The notes under the pieces are model-generated. The model had not been told where the DNA came from and did not search any database. It saw only the letters and a program-made list of their open reading frames with translations. This document shows, in pieces, positions 1 to 10,448 of a DNA stretch of 32,578 nt. This DNA is from Octopus bimaculoides. Lineage: Eukaryota. Positions within the stretch are counted from its first letter, which is position 1, and every line of letters begins with the position of its first letter. The stretch is taken from NCBI RefSeq assembly GCF_001194135.2, contig NC_069008.1, positions 7,350,747-7,383,324 of the forward strand. The letters are read 5' to 3'. The position numbers and the translations under genes were made by a program.

Positions 1-2
1 AG

Positions 3-1368
3 GTGCATGTGGCTGAGAGACTGTGGAAGCATCAGCTTGTCAGGTATAAGGGCCGGACATACTGTTTGACCAGGCTGGGGTTTGGGCTAAATTCAGTGCC
101 AAAAATTATGGCAACAATTCTCAAGGCCATCCTGGGAAAGGTGGACAGAGTAAAAAGGGCCACCAATTCGTACATTGATGACATCCTTGTGGATGAAACC
201 ATAATGCCAGCAACGGAGGTCATAGGCCACCTGAAGAAGTTCGGACTGGTCGCCAAGCCACCAGAGGCCATGGAGGGAGGCACTGCACTGGGCCTCAAGC
301 TACGGAGAGACAGGGCTAGTGCGTTGGTGTTTCGGCGTAGGAACGAGATCCCTGAACTGGGCACCAGCGTGAGTAGACGAGAACTGTTCTCGGTGTGCAG
401 GAAGCTGGTGGGACACTACCCAGTTGCAGGATGGCTTCGGACAGCATGTAGCTTCATCAAGAGAAGAGCCAAAGGAGCAAAGTGGAATGACAGAGTTGGG
501 GAGAAAACGACCGACATGATGCAGGGAGTCTTGGTCAGAGTGAGAGCAGAGGATCCAGTGGGGGGCAGTTGGTATGTTCCCAAATCAAAGAGTGGGATCG
601 TTTGGTGTGATGCCAGTAGCATCGCAATAGGAGTTGTCTTGGGAATGGGAGGCACCATGGTGGAAGATGCAGCCTGGCTCAGGAAGATGGATGACTGCAA
701 CCATATTAACGTGGCGGAGTTGGATGCNNNNNNNNNNNNNNNNNNNNNNNNNNNNNNNNNNNNNNNNNNNNNNNNNNNNNNNNNNNNNNNNNNNNNNNNN
801 NNNAAAGCGCCGATTGGGAATATTGCGGGAGCTAACCGCTGAGTTCGATCTGGAGCTGAGCGTAATTTTTGTGCCTTCCGAAAAGAACAGGGCAGATGTC
901 CTAACCAGGGTAAAGCGAGCTTGGTTGCAGGTGCCAGAGGATGCGGAGCAGGCTGTGGCTGCAGTATGCTGTCTGAGTGACTCAGAGTTGAGGAGACTGC
1001 ATAGCATGCATCACATGGGAGTGGACAGGACATTGTTCCTAGCCAGGAAAGTTGACTCCGAGGTAACAAGGCAGAGCGTGCAGAGAGTGGTTAGCAGTTG
1101 TGACAGGTGCCAGTCTATTGACCCTGCTTCGGGTGTACATGAGGCGGGAAGTATTCCAGTGGCCCACAACTGGAAATGACTGGCAGTGGACGTAACACAC
1201 TACCGGCAGGGGACGTACCTCTCAATGGTTGACTGCTGACCGGGGCGGATGGCCATATGGAGGGAGATGAAGACGGGGACTGCAGAGGAAATCGCAGGAA
1301 TATTAAATGGGATATTCCTGGAACGAGGCCCCGTGGATGAGCTGCTGCTGGATAATGGCACTGAATAA
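3..1368 (+). mobile_element. Ty3/Gypsy LTR retrotransposon pol fragment (RT - RNase H - integrase), inactivated and truncated
   Basis: RT motif YIDD (SYIDDILV); RNase H start CDASSIAIGVVL and end NRADVLTR; integrase zinc-binding HHCC (HSMHHMGVDRT...CDRC). Reading through the stops gives the core LAVDVTH...MVDC*PGR...LLLDNGTE*. In-frame TGA at 1177-1179 and 1237-1239. GC drops abruptly after ~1368. RT-RH-IN order is Gypsy-type. Confidence 0.92.
728..803. other. Assembly gap (N run). Other gaps: 1873-1927, 2849-2976, 10449-11012, 18805-18816, 30500-31181
   Basis: Runs of N in the sequence. Confidence 1.
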
Positions 1369-1689
1369 ATAGACATAATATAATGTCTAAAAGTTAATGA
1401 CTACCACCTCTTGATCCCCTCCATTTTCTTATTGCCGTATAAATTAAGGGTAAAAGAACTTTTTACCCTCACCCATTTATTACATTCAGTAGTGTAATTG
1501 CCATGCAATGAAAAAACACTTCTTTGTATTAATAATTGGGTATTCTACCAGCAGCATATTGGATAGATATTATCCCTTAGTGGGTTGGATTCACAACCTC
1601 TAACTCTCTTGGAATTATATATATATACATACATACATCTACATGCATATTTATTTCACATTACACTAAGAAGCAATGTTAAGACTGAT

Positions 1690-2000
1690 CCTGCTGATGG
1701 TGTAAAGCACTTGTGGCTCCACTTAAAAGCGCCCATGCAGTGCCATGTAAAAGTACCCATGTGGTGCTCATGTGGCATTACATAAAAGCACTCAGCACAC
1801 TCTGTAAAGTTAGGAAAGACATCCAACTGTAGAAACCAAACCAAGTCAGACTGGAGTTTGGTGCAGCCCCCCNNNNNNNNNNNNNNNNNNNNNNNNNNNN
1901 NNNNNNNNNNNNNNNNNNNNNNNNNNNCGCCCCGCTTGCCAGCTCTGGTTACACCGTCCAACCTATGTCAGCATGGACAACAGGTGTTAAATGATGATGA
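1690..2000 (+). mobile_element. RTE-LINE 3' end copy (non-coding tail ending in GAT repeats), interrupted by a gap
   Basis: Shares TAAAAGCAC subrepeats, GGAAAGACATCCAACTGTAGAAAC, CTGGAGTTTGGTGCAGCC and CCAACC(T)ATG(T)CAGCATGGA..TTAAATGATGATGA with the 3' UTR of the RTE element at 27175-28161. Confidence 0.8.
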
Positions 2001-2976
2001 AATGTTTGATGATACTGCTATAAAGAAGATAATGAAATCTGAGATTTATGATAAACAAAATGTTTATTCTTCCTATAAACAACAAAAGCAAATATTACTG
2101 TTACTATGAGCAACAAAACACTGTGAGAGTTTGAATGTTATTGTTCTTAGTGTAATAGTAGCAGCAATCAGAGTTAGCTGCCGGTCATTGCATTGCTGTT
2201 GCAGATCACTCACTGTGGTCAACAGCTGTTTGCCACCTCTGTTGCCCGTCACCTCTGGTGTCTGTCAATGCTCTCTGTCAAGCTAAGATGTGCTGAATAT
2301 ATACCAATGGATAGGCTGAGAGAGAAAGGTGCAAAAAGTTGGTATTGTTGCTGGAGCCAGTTCTTGGCAAAGTTGTGATTGGTCAGATTTTGTTGATCAC
2401 ATGGGTAATGTTCTAGCAAATCGCAACATTGGATATAGTGATTGGACTGTTGAATATTCCAACTATATGACTCTCATGCCAGTGAAATTCCTGTTCACAG
2501 TGAATTGAATGAAACAATGACAACAGTGCAGAAATTGCTTTAGAAAAGGGTAAATTTGTAAAGACTAAAAATGTTGGTTAAATGTTAGGCCAGAGTATAC
2601 TTGTAAAAATTCTGGGAAAGAAGATCTGATGAGGATACATGTATGTACGTGAACAAGATGAGTGCAGCTGAGTGTGAGAGTGAGTGAGTGACTCATACAT
2701 AGTTATGAATGATGTACACTACAATACCAACAAGAACAACTTATCTGAAATATAACAATTGCTTACCCCAGTAAAGCAAGTAAAAGAATTAAAACAAAAA
2801 ACAAACAAAAATTATCTAATTGATAGCAAAAAATAAACATTACGTATCNNNNNNNNNNNNNNNNNNNNNNNNNNNNNNNNNNNNNNNNNNNNNNNNNNNN
2901 NNNNNNNNNNNNNNNNNNNNNNNNNNNNNNNNNNNNNNNNNNNNNNNNNNNNNNNNNNNNNNNNNNNNNNNNNNNN

Positions 2977-3100
2977 TCATTTACCAACCCTGAGAAGATG
3001 AAAGCCCAAGCCAACCTCAGCAGAATTTGAACATGAATAGACAAAATGCCGCTAAGCATTTTGCCTGACCTGCAAACAATTCTGCCAGCACGACACCCTA
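2977..3100 (-). mobile_element. Degenerate tRNA-derived SINE, family C (MetaSINE-like)
   Basis: Reverse complement reads GCTGGCAGAATTG...AAATGCTTAGCGGCATTT...TTCAAATTCTGCTGAGGTTG...CTTTCATC, homologous to the copies at 17886, 20571 and 30161. Confidence 0.6.
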
Positions 3101-3139
3101 TTATGAAAATTATAAGAAAAAATTTCCATTACCTCCAAC

Positions 3140-3436
3140 CACCGAGTTGTGGTTAGAGCATCGATTCCCTGACAGGTTTGTGTGTTGTATTCTTCAGCAA
3201 GACACTTTATTTCACATAGCTCCAGTTCATTCAGCTGTAGAAATGAGTTGCAATATCACTGGTGCCAAGCTGTACCCGCCTTTGCCCTTACCTTGGATAA
3301 CATCTGTAGCATGGAGAGGAGAGGCTGGTATGCATGGGCGACTGCTGGTCTTCCATAAACAACCTTGCCCAGACTTGTGCTTTGGAGGGTGACTTCCTAC
3401 ATGCAAACCCAAGGTCATTCATGACTGAAGGAGGGC
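3140..3436 (+). mobile_element. Probable SINE with a CORE-like central domain (different family)
   Basis: Degenerate head (GTGGTTAGAGCATCGATTCCC), then CAGCAAGACACTTTATTTCAC...CAGCTGTAGAAATGAG resembling a CORE-type domain; family assignment by recall only. Confidence 0.45.
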
Positions 3437-3741
3437 TTTACTCCTTAGCATTGAAGGGTAGGCGTGATAGGTTGAATCTGGCTGGTTAGAACATAAAACA
3501 GGTAGCCTATCTGGGCCAGATTAAATGCTAAATGGTTAACACTTTAGCATTCAGATTTCTCTGTCAAATGTAATTAACAGGCCAAGTGTGGCTGTGTGAT
3601 AAGAAGCTTGCTTCCCAACCACATGGTTCCGGGTTCAGTCCCACTGCATGGCACCTTGGACAAATGTCTTCTACTATAGCCTCAGGTCAACCAAAGCCTT
3701 GTGAGTAGATTTGGTAGACAGAAACTGAAAGAAGCTCATTG

Positions 3742-3772
<31 letters not shown>

Positions 3773-4134
3773 CTATACACCATCATCACTTGACAACCGA
3801 TGTTGGTGCATTTATGTCCCCATAACTTAGCGGTTTGGTGAAAGAAGCTGATAGAATAAGTACTAAGCTTACAAAGAATAAGTCCTGGGGTCAATTTCTT
3901 CCGCTAAAAAAACCCTTTAAGGCGGTGCTCCAGCATGGCTGCAGTCAAATGACTGAAACAAATAAAAGAATTGATTTGATTTAATCATGCGTTTACCTTG
4001 TAGCTCTCAGATTTCAATTACATGATTGTTTATTTTTAGAATAATATTGTTAGAGGCTGGATTTGGCCAATTTAAAGATGAAAGACGTAGAATATTTTGG
4101 CCAGATATGGCCGATTTAAATGCTAAAGAGGTAA
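3437..4134. mobile_element. Two tandem piggyBac-like (TTAA) MITE relics sharing TTAA 3536-3539; the second is split by a SINE
   Basis: Terminal motifs (C/T)TTAGCATT at ~3443 and 3543 and AATGCTAAA at ~3524 and ~4119; TTAA between the two copies; the right-hand internal segments are similar to each other. Confidence 0.5.
3579..3970 (+). mobile_element. Full-length tRNA-derived SINE, family A
   Basis: A-box-like TGGCTGTGTGATAAG, B-box-like GGTTCAGTCCC, CACCTTGGACAAATGTCTT domain, central (TA)n(GT)n, and 3' tail GGCGGTGCTCCAGCATGGCTGCAGTCAAATGACTGAAAC; at least 8 copies in the window. Confidence 0.9.
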
Positions 4135-4456
4135 ACATAATTGCAGAGTTATTACAATATAATTGTTAGAATAAAGTGTATTGGAAAGAATGGAAAGATC
4201 TTTGATGTTTCGAGCCTACACTCATCAACAGAACAGATTGAGAGGGAAAATATGTATAGGGATTAGTTGTTTTTTCCTGCCCTGTGTGTATTTATTCAAG
4301 TTGTTTAGAGAAAGGGTTTCTCTCCAATAACAGTACATTCGTTGACTACAAGATGAGAATTCAATGAGAACTAATTCCAACACATTTGACTATGATAAAT
4401 GTTCTCCACTATGTACTTGATGGTGGGCATTAGTTAGAGATTTCTAAGAGAATTTC

Positions 4457-5749
4457 TTATGTTTCACAAGGTTTTCCTCCAGTGTGGATTCGTTTGTGTC
4501 TTTTTAAGACACTATTCGTGATAAATGATCTCCCACATATTTCACAATGATACGGTCTTTCTCCAGTGTGACTACGCTTGTGGATGGTAAGACTTGAATT
4601 GAGAGAGAAGGATTTGCCACAGATTTCACAATGGAATGGTTTCTCTCCAGTGTGTGTTCTTTTGTGTCTGTTCAAATCCCTATTAGAGACAAAATGTTTC
4701 CCACATATTTTACAGTCGAAGGGTTTTTCTCCTGCATGGATTATTTCATGTGTCTTTAAGAGACTGTTAGTGACAAATGATTTCTCACAGATTTTACAAT
4801 TATAAGGTTTCTCTCCTGTATGTATTCTTCTGTGAACTGCAAAATTAGAATTATTAGAGAAGGATTTGCCACAGATTTCACAATGGTAGGGCTTTTCACC
4901 AGTGTGGATTCTTTTGTGAACCAGAAGATGAGAATTATTAACATACGATTTCCCACAGATTTCACAAGGAAAGGGTTTTTCTCCAGTATGAGTACGCCTG
5001 TGGACAACAAAACTAGAATTATCAGAGAAGGCTTTACCACAGATTTCACAGTGATAAGGTTTTTCTCCAGTGTGGATCCTTTCATGCTTTTTTAAATCAC
5101 TGTTGTAGACAAAAGCTTTGCCACATATTCTGCAGTGAAATGTTTTTTCACCAGTGTGTATTTTGTTGTGTTTTGTTAAGTCACCATGGGAGACGAAAGA
5201 TTTCTCACATATTTTACAGGGGAACGGTTTTTCTCCAGTGTGCGTACGGATGTGGATAACAAGACTGGAATTAATAGAAAACGCTTTATCACAGATTTCA
5301 CAACGATAAGGTTTTTCCCCAGTATGTATCCGTTTGTGCTTTGTTAAGTCACTATTGTAGACAAAAGATTTTCCACACGTTTCACAGTGGAAAGGTTTTT
5401 CACCAGTGTGGATTCTCTTGTGCTTTCTTAATTCACTGTTGGAGACAAAAGATTTGCCGCACATCTCACAGTGATAAGGTTTTTCTCCAGTGTGAATCCT
5501 TTTGTGTTTTGTTAGGTCGCTGCTGTAGACAAAAGATTTTCCACAAATTTCGCAGTGGAAAGGTTTTTCCCGACAGGGTATTTCTTTGTGAGTAAATACT
5601 TCATGCGCTGAAGAGAATGTTTTCCTACAAATCTCACAGCGATATTCAGGAATATTTCCGTGCAACGATCTTTGCTTAATGAATGTTTCCCTACATAAAG
5701 GTTTCTCGCCACTGTTTGTTCGTACATCTAAGCGATCAACAACTTCCAT
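4457..5749 (-). CDS. C2H2 (Kruppel-type) zinc finger protein, 430 aa: 35-aa leader containing a finger relic, 1 degenerate finger and 13 canonical fingers
   Basis: 28-aa periodicity C-x2-C-x12-H-x3-H with TGEKP linkers (35 + 14x28 + 3 = 430). In-frame upstream stop at 5840-5842. Candidate acceptor ...CTCTTACAG with AG at 5988-5987. AATAAA (minus strand) at ~4292-4297. Confidence 0.95.
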   Translation of the reverse strand: MEVVDRLDVRTNSGEKPLCRETFIKQRSLHGNIPEYRCEICRKTFSSAHEVFTHKEIPCREKPFHCEICGKSFVYSSDLTKHKRIHTGEKPYHCEMCGKSFVSNSELRKHKRIHTGEKPFHCETCGKSFVYNSDLTKHKRIHTGEKPYRCEICDKAFSINSSLVIHIRTHTGEKPFPCKICEKSFVSHGDLTKHNKIHTGEKTFHCRICGKAFVYNSDLKKHERIHTGEKPYHCEICGKAFSDNSSFVVHRRTHTGEKPFPCEICGKSYVNNSHLLVHKRIHTGEKPYHCEICGKSFSNNSNFAVHRRIHTGEKPYNCKICEKSFVTNSLLKTHEIIHAGEKPFDCKICGKHFVSNRDLNRHKRTHTGEKPFHCEICGKSFSLNSSLTIHKRSHTGERPYHCEICGRSFITNSVLKRHKRIHTGGKPCET

Positions 5750-6900
5750 TCTAATTCTCAGAGAGTTTTTGAAGTCGGAAAAAATATCTGAAGATAAATC
5801 TCTTATGATCCAGTTTCCTGTTCGATATCTTGAGACAGTTTAAACGTGAAGAAAATATGCAATGCATATATTCTACAGACTAGTAGAATGTTTGTTGCAG
5901 ACTGGATCGTCTCTAAATGATACAGACAAGAGGTAGGGAAGAGGAAAAAACAGGTGAAAGAAACAAAAAACACGCAAAAGGGATTTCTGTAAGAGCAATA
6001 TCGAAGAAAGAAAATGTATATATCTATGTACACATGTATGTATTATGTGTGCTAACAAAGTAGGAAACGTGCACAATTTAATTTTTTTTTTTTTAGATTT
6101 AGATTTAACGGTCAACAAAAAGTCAATAACGGTCGGGGTAGCTATTTGTTCATTTGTTGAGGGTTAAAATCCATATGCATTATGCTGTAAAATGGGGAAC
6201 AACCAGTTAACGATGTAACCTAGTTTGTGATAAAATGAAATATTTAATCATGGAGTTAATGAAACACCGACCATGAATCATGTAGGTTGTCTTACTTTAT
6301 CCACAAGCATCCACTTTCCTATCTGATAATTACAAGACATTATTAGATGAGTTGAACAAAGTCGAGCGGTGTCCTTAACAATTTTACCCTGCTTAAATCA
6401 TACCGGTGAAAGGAGTAAAATGTCCCTAACATAGATTCAGTTTACTCCTTCAGTTGTATACAGCCAATGATAAATCGAAAATATCATTCAGGATAATAAC
6501 TATTACATATCAAAGTGAGGCCATCTATGTGGTCGCTTGAACTGTTAGAGATAGCTAATGAATCCCCATCCCTGCTACATAAACAAAAAAGGGAAGGAAA
6601 CATTCGACAGCGTAGTCCCAGACACAGAACACGGAATAGTTGAAATTAGAATTCCTTTTCTCACATCTACCTTACAAAGCTGACCTAGTGCTCAACAGTA
6701 ACATTCTAGTGCAATAAATTTCGTTCAAAAATGTGAATATCTATGAAAATAACTCTGCCTACATATATACGTAGGGATATAGTTGTTTGTAATAATATGA
6801 AACAGAAATGCATAAACAATATTTAAAAATTACGGAGATGTACTTGCATAGCACGTGACCTGATCTGAGATCGTGTGCTGGAACGAAAACAATTGTAGCG

Positions 6901-7032
6901 TGGAAGGTGTTTATAAGCCATTTAAAATAACACACAAAAACCGTTAGATTCACTTCTACATTTAAATTTAAATGTTGAAGTGAATCTAACGGTTTTTGTG
7001 TGTTATTTTAAATGGATTATAAACACCTTCCA
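6901..7032. repeat. 132-bp spacerless palindrome (two 66-bp arms, 64/66 match)
   Basis: 6901-6966 is the reverse complement of 6967-7032 except for two mismatches. Confidence 0.95.
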
Positions 7033-7324
7033 ATATTTAAAAAGCCAACTCAGTTTAAAACAAAACGAAAACCCTAATTGTCCTCTCTATTTCTAAGAGA
7101 CTGGAATGTTTTGAAATGGACAATAATTTAACACGTTTTCGTTTTGACTTATGCAATCGAAAACTAGGTGGTTGGATTTGTTTGATTTTTAAGTTTATGG
7201 ACAGGCCTTAACTATAGCTGCAGCTCATAAGGGACATAAAAATATGGGGTTTCTTTGCTACTAAAATATAAGACACGAAATGAACAACACACAAATTAAT
7301 GAAGTGTTCCATATTTTTTCTATA

Positions 7325-7684
7325 GGCATAGGCATGGCTGTGTGGTAAGAAGTTTGCTTCCAACCACATGGTTCTAGGTTCAGTCCCACTGTGTGGCACC
7401 TTGGGCAAGTGTCTTATACTATAGTCCCTGGTTAACCAAAGCCTTGTGAGTGGATTTGGTAGACAGAAACTGAGAGAAGTCCATCATGTGTGTGCGTGTG
7501 TCTTTGAGTCAGTGTTTGCCCCCCTCCCCAATTATCTCTTAACAACCAGTGTTGGTGCGTTTACATACCCATAACTTCACGATACCAAACTTAAAAAAAA
7601 AGAACATAAGTACTGGGGTTGATCCATTCTATAAAAATTCTTCACGGCAATGCCCCAGCACGGCCGCAGTCTGAGTAAAAGATA
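7325..7684 (+). mobile_element. SINE family A copy
   Basis: GGCTGTGTGGTAAGAAGTTTGCTTCC...GGTTCAGTCCCACTG...CACCTTGGGCAAGTGTCTT...GCCCCAGCACGGCCGCAGTC. Confidence 0.85.
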
Positions 7685-7864
7685 TCTATTCTTAATACGT
7701 CTAGTTAGGTTCAAACGCAAAATATGTCAGTCACTGTAATATACGTCAAAGGAGAAAAACTTTTCTCCTATACGACAAGACTCTTCAATAAGCAGAGAGT
7801 GTAACACATTATCATCATAAAAGAGATAAGTTGTTCATCTTTAACTAGCATATTTTATGTCTGA

Positions 7865-8003
7865 ACCTACCTGGACATAGTAAATGAATATGAAGATAAA
7901 AATGTGCACTGATGAATGGCTGGCGGGGAGAGGATTCGGAAAATTCACATCAGGAATGTTCTGAGTCCTCTCACCACTCCCCCATTCATCGGCGCAAATT
8001 TTT
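7865..8003 (-). other. Candidate non-coding leader exon and splice donor for ZNF 4457-5749, overlapping a ~105-bp hairpin
   Basis: Minus-strand CAG|GTAGGT donor (exon ends at 7871); locally GC-richer; inverted repeat 7898-8003. Motif evidence only. Confidence 0.3.
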
Positions 8004-8207
8004 TTCTTCATAATCGTTTCCAGATCTTAAACAATTTTATATTGTGAAATGAGAATTATCAAAAATCTGACATAGCAATTGTTGTCTCCATGTCAGTCTT
8101 GATTCAGGAGACAAATGAATCAAAAATATATTCCAGCTGTAACAACCACATCTTATTTTCAAATATACCTTGGACACAGACATCTAATATGAATTTTTTT
8201 CTTTTCT

Positions 8208-8528
8208 TTGTTTCAGTCATTAGACTGCGACCATGCTGGGGGAATTGGCATTTTTAGTCAAATGAATTGACCCCAGTAATTTTCTTTATTTATTAAAAAC
8301 TGGTATTCTCGCTAAGTTACTGGGGCATAAACACAACTATGCTGTCTTTCAAGCAGTGTTGGAAAACACACACATATACACAATGTGCTTTTTTCAGCTT
8401 CCATCAACCAAATCCACTCTCAAGGCTTTGGTCGGCCCAAGGCTATGGTAGAAGGTGCTACACAGTAGAACTGAACCCAAAACCATGTGGCTGGGAAGCA
8501 AACTTCTTACTACACAGCCACTCCTGTT
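8208..8528 (-). mobile_element. SINE family A copy
   Basis: TTTCAGTCATTAGACTGCGACCATGCTGG tail (reverse complement) and GGAAGCAAACTTCTTACTACACAGCCA head (reverse complement). Confidence 0.85.
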
Positions 8529-8911
8529 TTTGTTTGTTTTTTGCCAGACAGTTTAGCTAAGACAAATTATCAAATGTGTTCTGTCTTTTAGTCAGACATT
8601 GTGCTTCTGGGGCTTTATTATCCTCTCGTTTATTCATACAAGGAAAGCATAAGTGATTTGTTGCTCACTTTGGCAGCTCGCCATAGCAAGGTGTCCAGTG
8701 ACACCCGTGAGGGTGCTTGGCTGTCCCAACGCCTTAAGCCTTATTATCCATCACTTGTAGTAAAGCTGGCTTAATTCAGTAAGAACTTTGTGGTGTGTGA
8801 CCAATTAAGGCATTTGGTGTTGCACTGATGTTTTTTTCATTTCTCTTTTGCAAAATATATTCCTTTTCACTGAATTATTGCAAATTGTAATGATTATTTT
8901 TTTACCTCCCA

Positions 8912-9217
8912 ACACTGTAGTAAGCTTGAGCAAGTGTCTTCTTTTACAGCCTTGGGCTGACCAAGGCCTTGTGAGTGGATGTGGTGGACGGAAACTGAAA
9001 GAAGCCCGTTGTATATATATATTTGTGTATGACTGTGCTTGTCCCCGACCTTCACTTGACAACTGATGTTGAAGTGTTTATGTTCCCGTAACTTAGCAGT
9101 TTGGCAAAAGACACTGATAGAATAAATACTAGGCTTACAAAGAATAAGTCCAGGGGTCAATTTGTTCGACTAAAGGCAGTGCTCCAGCATGGCTGCAGTC
9201 AAATGACTGAAACAAGC
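8912..9217 (+). mobile_element. SINE family A copy, 5'-truncated
   Basis: CTTGAGCAAGTGTCTT...GGAAACTGAAAGAAGCCCG...GCTCCAGCATGGCTGCAGTCAAATGACTGAAACAAG. Confidence 0.9.
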
Positions 9218-9619
9218 CCATGGATGATGGATCCTTTTGGCCGTGATATGGAGTCTGTCAGTGAAAATATTGAAGAACTTACTGAACTAAAATGCAATGA
9301 CGAATGTAAATAGAAATTTGAAAAAAAGGGTGGAATAACTGGGTTATGGCTGTCAAATATAATTAAACAACTGAATTCAAGCATTTGGTCTGAAATGGCT
9401 GGAATTCTGTGGTGCTTTCCAGCTTCATATTTGGCAGAATGTGGCCTCGGTGCAATGAATAAAATCTTGACAAAAGAAATAGATTCGATGTATGCATTCA
9501 AGGAAATATTAGACAACTCACAAATTTTAGTTCAAATATGAAAAATATAGCAGCAAAGGTTTCCATTAAATAACTACTTTAGTCTAATATTTTTGGAGAT
9601 GGATATGGAGGTGATTGCT

Positions 9620-9846
9620 TTAACCCTTTCGTTACCAGCCTGGCTGAAACCGGCTCTGACTCTGAGTACAAATGTCTTGTTTTCAAAGTTCTGAATTAAA
9701 ATCTTCGAACAAACCTTAGTCACAATTTATGTTCCTAATACTAGCTGAATGATAACTAAGTTATTTTACTAAATACTTTGTTATATTTAAAGTAATTGAA
9801 AGAAACACAGAGCATCTCAAAATAAATACAGTAACGAAAGGGTTAA
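9620..9846. mobile_element. piggyBac-type MITE, 219 bp, with perfect 12-bp TIRs and TTAA target site duplication
   Basis: TTAA(9620-9623)-CCCTTTCGTTAC(9624-9635) ... GTAACGAAAGGG(9831-9842)-TTAA(9843-9846); no coding capacity. Confidence 0.88.
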
Positions 9847-10215
9847 AGAACAGTGAAAAGCGGGTGATAGAAAAAAGGCAGAAATCATAATTTTTCAAGC
9901 TATTAGAAATAGAAGATAATTCAGTCAGATCCCTTGATTGTGTTATATAGTCATACAAAACTTTAAATGGATGGGATGGTCATGGCTGGAATGCTTTTCA
10001 TAGAGAATATTCACCAAGTCATTCTCAAATTACAGTTTTCTTTCATTCAATGAAATATCAAATATTGGGAATAGGATTCACGAATTTAAATTAATTCTTA
10101 CATATCAATCAACTATGACGTCATAATTCCTTCACTGGATCACATTTTCCTATTCTCTATTAAAGACAGTAACAACAGTATTTCATTCACTATTTCTTTC
10201 CATTCTACCATGCTC

Positions 10216-10405
10216 TTTTACTTGTTTCAGTCATTTGACTGTGACCATGCTGGAGCACCGCCTTTTGTCGAAGAAATCGACCCCAGGACTTATTCTTTGT
10301 AAGTCTAGTACTTATTCTATCGGTCTCTTTCACCGAATCGCTAATTTATGGGGACGTAAACACACCAGCATCGGTTGTCAAGCGATATTGGGGTGACAAA
10401 CATAT

Positions 10406-10448
<43 letters not shown>
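10216..10448 (-). mobile_element. SINE family A copy (3' half; central TA repeat runs into a gap)
   Basis: CTTGTTTCAGTCATTTGACTGTGACCATGCTGGAGCACCGCC...GGGACGTAAACACACCAGCATCGGTTGTCAAG. Confidence 0.9.

Noticed and set aside
728-842. Programmed or real frameshift in Gypsy pol
   Set aside because: The frame change coincides with an N gap of estimated length, so it cannot be interpreted
2190-2520. GC-richer patch with several ATTGG (CCAAT) motifs as an LTR or promoter
   Set aside because: No termini, TSD, splice signal or second copy to support a call
4191-4240. Penelope-type minimal hammerhead ribozyme on the minus strand (TTGATGAG...CTCGAAACATC); similar CGAAAC...CTGATGA at 22582-22620
   Set aside because: Core nucleotides are mutated (no intact CUGANGA plus GUH site with paired stems); at most a dead relic. 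An Infernal search would settle it.
4457-5700. 84-bp periodic repeats (also at 13129-13800 and 26030-26780) as a CRISPR array or satellite
   Set aside because: The period is the 28-codon C2H2 finger unit within open reading frames; there are no cas genes and the context is eukaryotic
4578-5727. Overlapping ORFs in other frames or strands over the ZNF genes (also 13587-14026)
   Set aside because: Shadow ORFs of repetitive finger codons with no independent protein features
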